A DNA stretch of 64,000 nt from an uncultured archaeon (lineage in GTDB: Archaea > Hadarchaeota > Hadarchaeia > Hadarchaeales > Hadarchaeaceae). Below are positions 59,986 through 64,000 of this stretch, piece by piece. Location of the stretch: NCBI GenBank assembly GCA_937921735.1, contig CAKZTQ010000032.1, forward strand, positions 32,169 to 96,168, given 5' to 3'. The position numbers and the translations under genes are program-made. The notes under the pieces are model-generated. The model saw nothing but the letters and a program-made list of their open reading frames with translations, did no database searches and was not told the origin of the DNA. Position 1 is the stretch's first letter. Each line of letters starts with the position of its first letter.

Positions 59986-60148
59986 TTCGGGAAAATCCCG
60001 ATCAATTGGTACTTAGCCATGTGAACGGGAAAAATTATCATGAAAAGCCGGAAAATTTAAAAATAAATATGATAAAAATTGGGAAGTTAAAATTTTATTG
60101 AGTCCAACAACTACAATTAAGGAACAAGTTGAAACTGGGGGAATAAGA

Positions 60149-60307
60149 ATGAACAAGTGTGGGATTTGCGGGAAAGGGGGCGACGATGTTAGTTTGCTCT
60201 TTGCCCACCATCGAGAATTGGGAGGCGTTTGGCTTTGTGGTGATTGCTGGAAGAAGGAATACCACAGGATATTGTCCTCTGGTGGATCCGGTAGCTGCTG
60301 CGGATAA
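60149..60307 (+). CDS. small zinc-finger protein with a C-terminal CCG
   Basis: CGIC...WLCGDC...GSCCG. Confidence 0.55.
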   Translation: MNKCGICGKGGDDVSLLFAHHRELGGVWLCGDCWKKEYHRILSSGGSGSCCG

Positions 60308-60330
60308 ATAAGAAATGAAGATGACCTCGA

Positions 60331-60637
60331 ATGATTGAAATCAAGCCCCTAAATACTCGGTCAGGAGCTGCAGTAGGTGTTGAGATAAGAAACCCAGAAG
60401 AGCCTAAAAAGCCAGCTATCATAGTGGTAATAGCGAAGAGGGAGTCTTTTGGTCTGCGGTAACTTTGACATAAATGAGCTTGAAAAAAGAAATGTAACCG
60501 CAGCCAGAATAGTTGGCTTAACGAAAATTGAAGATGTTCTGCAAAGAAATGTTGTTTCTGTCGCATCGCTGGCTAAGGCTTTAGGCGTCAATGTGGGCAT
60601 GTCTGGCAGCGATGCTCTTGAGAAAATGAACGTCTAA
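60331..60637 (+). pseudogene. YunC (DUF1805) family gene with a 1-nt frameshift near 60440
   Basis: MIEIKPL...IIVVIAKR in one frame continues as LVCGNFD...AARIVG...LGVNVGMSGSDAL in another. Confidence 0.65.
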
Positions 60638-60667
60638 GTCTATAGCCGAAAGGGGGGATAAAAAATT

Positions 60668-61072
60668 ATGGAGAAGGAAAAGAAAAAGGAACCTAAAATA
60701 CTTGAAGATTGCTATAAGTCTGCTGAGCATGAAAATGTGATTTGGGTTTGCGACGGAGCCGCAAACGTGGGTCAAGTGGGCCAAGCGGTTGGTGTTCTGC
60801 TAACAAACATAGATAAGGGACGCATGTGTTGTACAGTAGCCGTTGCAGCGGGCTCTAAGCCGCATCTGGACATAGCTGAAAAAGCGAAAAAGAACATAGT
60901 AATAAACGGGTGCGCAAACAGGTGCGCTTCCAAAGTTTTAGAGAAGGCTGGAAAGAAAATACACTATGAAATAATCATATCGAAGTATTTGCAAAAGGTT
61001 CCAACGCTTGACATCTATATGGGCGATGCAAAAAAGATAGCCCAAATAATAACTGAAGAAGCCAAGCTTTAA
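60668..61072 (+). CDS. DGC-domain putative zinc-binding protein
   Basis: CDGAANVGQ, MCC, INGCANRCA. Confidence 0.8.
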   Translation: MEKEKKKEPKILEDCYKSAEHENVIWVCDGAANVGQVGQAVGVLLTNIDKGRMCCTVAVAAGSKPHLDIAEKAKKNIVINGCANRCASKVLEKAGKKIHYEIIISKYLQKVPTLDIYMGDAKKIAQIITEEAKL

Positions 61073-61237
61073 AATGGAAAAGCAGACAGCGATGTTGCTC
61101 TTGTTTGCTTTATGCTAATGCTTCACCTAAAAAGCTTTTGGAAACAATTTTACTGGTAAAAATTTAAAAACGATGGCCTCGATGAATGCTAGGGTGATCC
61201 CCGGTATGAGTACCGAAAAATTCGACGGTGGCGTTGG

Positions 61238-61588
61238 GTGTTCGATATGGGCATCCACGTTATCGCCGAATTGTTCGGTGTCGATCCGGAGAGAATTTCC
61301 CGAGTGGATCCCCTGCGACGAGTGCTCGAGCGAGTGGTCTCTAGGTCTGGCTTGAGGGCGGTCCACTCCGCTTATCACCAGTTTGAGCCCCACGGAGTTT
61401 CGGGTTTCTACCTGCTGAAGGAATCACACCTAAGTGTCCACACTTGGCCCGAACACGGATACGTCGCCGTCGACATCTTCACCTGCGGCCGAGAGGGCGC
61501 TGCCATCCGCGCTCTGGAGCTTTTGGTGAGCGAGCTGAGGCCTAAGCATGTCAAGAGGAAGATCATAAGGAGGGATCCATTTGAATAA
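61238..61588 (+). CDS. speD: S-adenosylmethionine decarboxylase proenzyme
   Basis: G.HVIAEL, F.PHGVS, ESHLSVHTWPE self-cleavage motif, DIFTCG. Confidence 0.93.
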   Translation: MFDMGIHVIAELFGVDPERISRVDPLRRVLERVVSRSGLRAVHSAYHQFEPHGVSGFYLLKESHLSVHTWPEHGYVAVDIFTCGREGAAIRALELLVSELRPKHVKRKIIRRDPFE

Positions 61589-62609
61589 GGTAGAGGAGCT
61601 CATCCTCCGCGAGCTCGCAGCCTCCGAGAAGTCCCTTTGGGAGCTCTTGGACGCCAGCCAGTTCCCCCTGAAGGATTTCCTCCGAGCTATCGAAGGCCTT
61701 CGTGCGAAGGGGCTCGTGGCGCCCACCGCAAAGGGGATTGGGCTCACCAGAAAAGGAGCCAAGGCGATCGGCGACCGCTCGGCAGCGTACGCTAGCAGCG
61801 TCTGCGATCGATGCTCAGGAAAGGGGATCCTACCGGAGGGCAAGTTCGAGGAAGTCCTCTCAGGGTTCAAGGAGTTGGTGAAGGGCAGGCCTGGTCCCTC
61901 GCTCTCCTTCTTTCAGGGTTATATGAAGGAGGAGGACGTCGTCGCCCGGGCGGCGCTGATGCACCTACGAGGCGATCTTCACCGCAGGGAGATCGTGCTC
62001 ATGGGCGACGATGACCTCCTGAGCATAGCCCTCTGCTTAACTGGCATGCCCTCTCGGGTCTGCGTGCTGGACGTGGACGAGAGGTTGGGGGATTTCATTA
62101 AAAAGGTAGGAAGGGAGCAGGGCTTCGACGTAGAGTTCAGAAAGTACGACGTGTCCGAACCGTTGCCCGAGGACTTGGTAGGAGCGTTCGACGTCTTCTC
62201 CTCCGAGCCCCTGGAGACGCTCAGCGGGCTTAGGGCCTTCGTGGCTAGGGGCGTGGGGTGCCTCCGGGAGAACGGGGCCGGCTACCTCGGTTTAACCCTG
62301 CTCGAGGCCTCGCTCGAGAAGTGGGCGGCGATCGAGAGGCTGCTGCTGGCGATGAATTGCGTGATAACCGACGTCATCAGGGATTTCTCGAGGTACCCCA
62401 CTAAGTACGGCGAGCTGAGCTACGAAACGTTCGTCGAGAACCTGAGCTTCCCCGTGCGGGAGAACCCTGGCATAGATTGGTACAAGGCGACCCTTTTCAG
62501 GTTCGAGGTGATGGGCAAACCGAGGCTCGTCATCCCCCCGACCAAGAGGCTGAGGATAAGCTACGTGGACCCCGAGGAGGACTTGACCTATCCTGGGCGT
62601 AGGCGATGA
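61581..62609 (+). CDS. bpsA: branched-chain polyamine synthase (N4-bis(aminopropyl)spermidine synthase, DUF43)
   Basis: FFQGY, GDDDLLSIAL, DVDERL, P.ETLSG..AF..RG; coupled to speD. Confidence 0.88.
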   Translation: MNKVEELILRELAASEKSLWELLDASQFPLKDFLRAIEGLRAKGLVAPTAKGIGLTRKGAKAIGDRSAAYASSVCDRCSGKGILPEGKFEEVLSGFKELVKGRPGPSLSFFQGYMKEEDVVARAALMHLRGDLHRREIVLMGDDDLLSIALCLTGMPSRVCVLDVDERLGDFIKKVGREQGFDVEFRKYDVSEPLPEDLVGAFDVFSSEPLETLSGLRAFVARGVGCLRENGAGYLGLTLLEASLEKWAAIERLLLAMNCVITDVIRDFSRYPTKYGELSYETFVENLSFPVRENPGIDWYKATLFRFEVMGKPRLVIPPTKRLRISYVDPEEDLTYPGRRR

Positions 62610-62637
62610 GTTACACGTGGCGCTGGGTCGCGAGGGC

Positions 62638-63672
62638 TCAGAGGAGTTCCGCCGCCGCCTTATATATCGGGTCGAGAAAGGTATAGTCCTTCACGAGGCT
62701 CATCTTTTCCAAGTTTTCCAATATGTTATGCATGACGCTACTCGAGATCGTGTAGCCCTCCTTCTCCTCTAGGTATCCCTTCACCTCGCTCCAGCTCCTT
62801 CTACCCTTCGCGATCGCTTTGAGCGCGTACTCATACCTCTTGGGCCTCCCCGCCAGGAGGTTTCTAAGCTCCCTTAAAGCCAGCCCGATCGCTTTCTCCT
62901 TTATCGATTTCAAGTCGGGTTTTCCCACCAAGCATGAGTTTCCGAAGAAAGTCAGCCAACCAGGTATCCCATCCAGTTCCTTGACGGCCTGTTCGAGTAT
63001 TCCTCCCTCGATTCTAATACCAGCTTCTTCAAATCCCCTCCTAAGGAAGTCCATCGATTGCTCCTCGGTAAACCTTTCCAGCACCACTTCCTGAATGAAC
63101 CTTCCGTAAAGCGGCGAGCTCTCGTCTTCCACCCCCAAAAACTCATGGAGGAGGCCCACCTCGGAGCCCGTCAAAATAAAGGTCAGGTCCCTGTCGTAAT
63201 CATAGGCATGGGCCATCGCGTTCTTTATTTCGATGGAGAAGGGCCCCCGAAGCTTTTGGGCCTCGTCTACGGCGATGATCATTTTTCCCTCGTTCAAGCG
63301 GTCAAAGAGCTCCACCAGGCTCAGGCTCTCCCTCCCCTTCCAGCCGATCTCGATCTCGAGCCCGAGGATTTTAATCCCCCTCACAGACTTTAGGAGACCC
63401 TCAAGCCTTGGTAGCGAGGGCTTCAGGGCATTTGCAAGTAGGGAATAGAACTCCCTTCTTCCGTAGTTTGGACCCAACCCCCTAGCATCGATGATCACGC
63501 TGGGGCGATCTATTTCCTTGAGGGCAACCTTCAAGACCGAGGTCTTGCCTATCCTCCTTATTCCCGTTAGAACCACGAGTGGACGTTTAACGGCTTTTTT
63601 TATTTCCTCGAGTTCCCTCTCCCGGTCGAAGAGCTCCTCCCTTTTTTCCTTGGGTCTTTCGTCGAATAGCAT
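62638..63672 (-). CDS. archaeal ATPase (ATPase_2/AAA family) with C-terminal wHTH
   Basis: MLFDERPK..REELFDRE, GIRRIGKTS Walker A, DEAQ, TGSEVG, PLYGR, DGIPGWL. Confidence 0.9.
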   Translation of the reverse strand: MLFDERPKEKREELFDRERELEEIKKAVKRPLVVLTGIRRIGKTSVLKVALKEIDRPSVIIDARGLGPNYGRREFYSLLANALKPSLPRLEGLLKSVRGIKILGLEIEIGWKGRESLSLVELFDRLNEGKMIIAVDEAQKLRGPFSIEIKNAMAHAYDYDRDLTFILTGSEVGLLHEFLGVEDESSPLYGRFIQEVVLERFTEEQSMDFLRRGFEEAGIRIEGGILEQAVKELDGIPGWLTFFGNSCLVGKPDLKSIKEKAIGLALRELRNLLAGRPKRYEYALKAIAKGRRSWSEVKGYLEEKEGYTISSSVMHNILENLEKMSLVKDYTFLDPIYKAAAELL

Positions 63673-63673
63673 G

Positions 63674-63707
63674 TTCTGCCCCAGAATATATTTTCTGCCC
63701 CAGAATA
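63674..63707. promoter_or_regulatory. tandem palindromic operator-like repeats TTCTG-CCC-CAGAA
   Basis: Two identical 15-bp copies TTCTGCCCCAGAATA (63674-63688 and 63693-63707) directly upstream of the ATPase start. Confidence 0.6.
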
Positions 63708-63741
63708 AAAGATTTCGGTCTCGGCGATGGGCAATCGAACC

Positions 63742-63978
63742 TTACATCGCGCGAAGCAGGAGGAAGGCGAAAAGGACGGCCAAGAGGATGCCGACGAGCA
63801 TCATCGCCTTTGCGATGGTCTCGCTGGTTCCAAAGGCTATGGGAAAGGGGCCGATGACTACGACGCCCCCTCCCTCGACCCTGCTCTTCTCGGCCGCCTT
63901 AAACAAGCCGTAGGCGATGGTGAGCATGCCGATGAATATGAGCAGGAAACCCGCGATGATGAGGTACCTAAGGTCCAT
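63742..63978 (-). CDS. DUF131 family membrane protein
   Basis: GGGVVVIGPFPIAFGT motif between two TM helices. Confidence 0.85.
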   Translation of the reverse strand: MDLRYLIIAGFLLIFIGMLTIAYGLFKAAEKSRVEGGGVVVIGPFPIAFGTSETIAKAMMLVGILLAVLFAFLLLRAM

Positions 63979-64000
63979 GTTTAAGCCCCATATCAATTTT

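Overview
This is an archaeal chromosomal segment, GC-rich in the core with AT-rich islands. Gene content fits a thermophilic anaerobe of the Hadarchaeota/Thermococci-like lineages; that placement is inferred, not proven. The core encodes EF-2, RsmA, aspartate kinase, Acs, tRNA-modification and splicing enzymes, SAM synthetase, the HMGS-thiolase-DUF35 cluster, SecDF, an A/V-type ATP synthase split into two divergent units, TrpRS, adenine deaminase, form III RuBisCO, R15P isomerase, an L18e-L13-S9-RpoN operon, NreA, and SpeD-BpsA. There are three tRNAs: Pro-GGG, Leu-TAG and a two-intron Glu-TTC. The most notable locus is at about 9.8-17.1 kb. A perfect NikR-type operator (GTAATA-N16-TATTAC) sits over the promoter of two small paralogous 3-TM proteins upstream of nikR, a candidate undescribed nickel importer. 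Next to it is a group-4-type [NiFe] hydrogenase operon with an embedded intact HdrB and no membrane subunits. Other observations: a box C/D sRNA, an unassigned 140-nt structured element between endA and ade, a stand-alone PHD-finger-like protein, RuBisCO inserted into the ribosomal operon, and two EVE/PUA-like + PD-(D/E)xK nuclease genes next to tRNAs.
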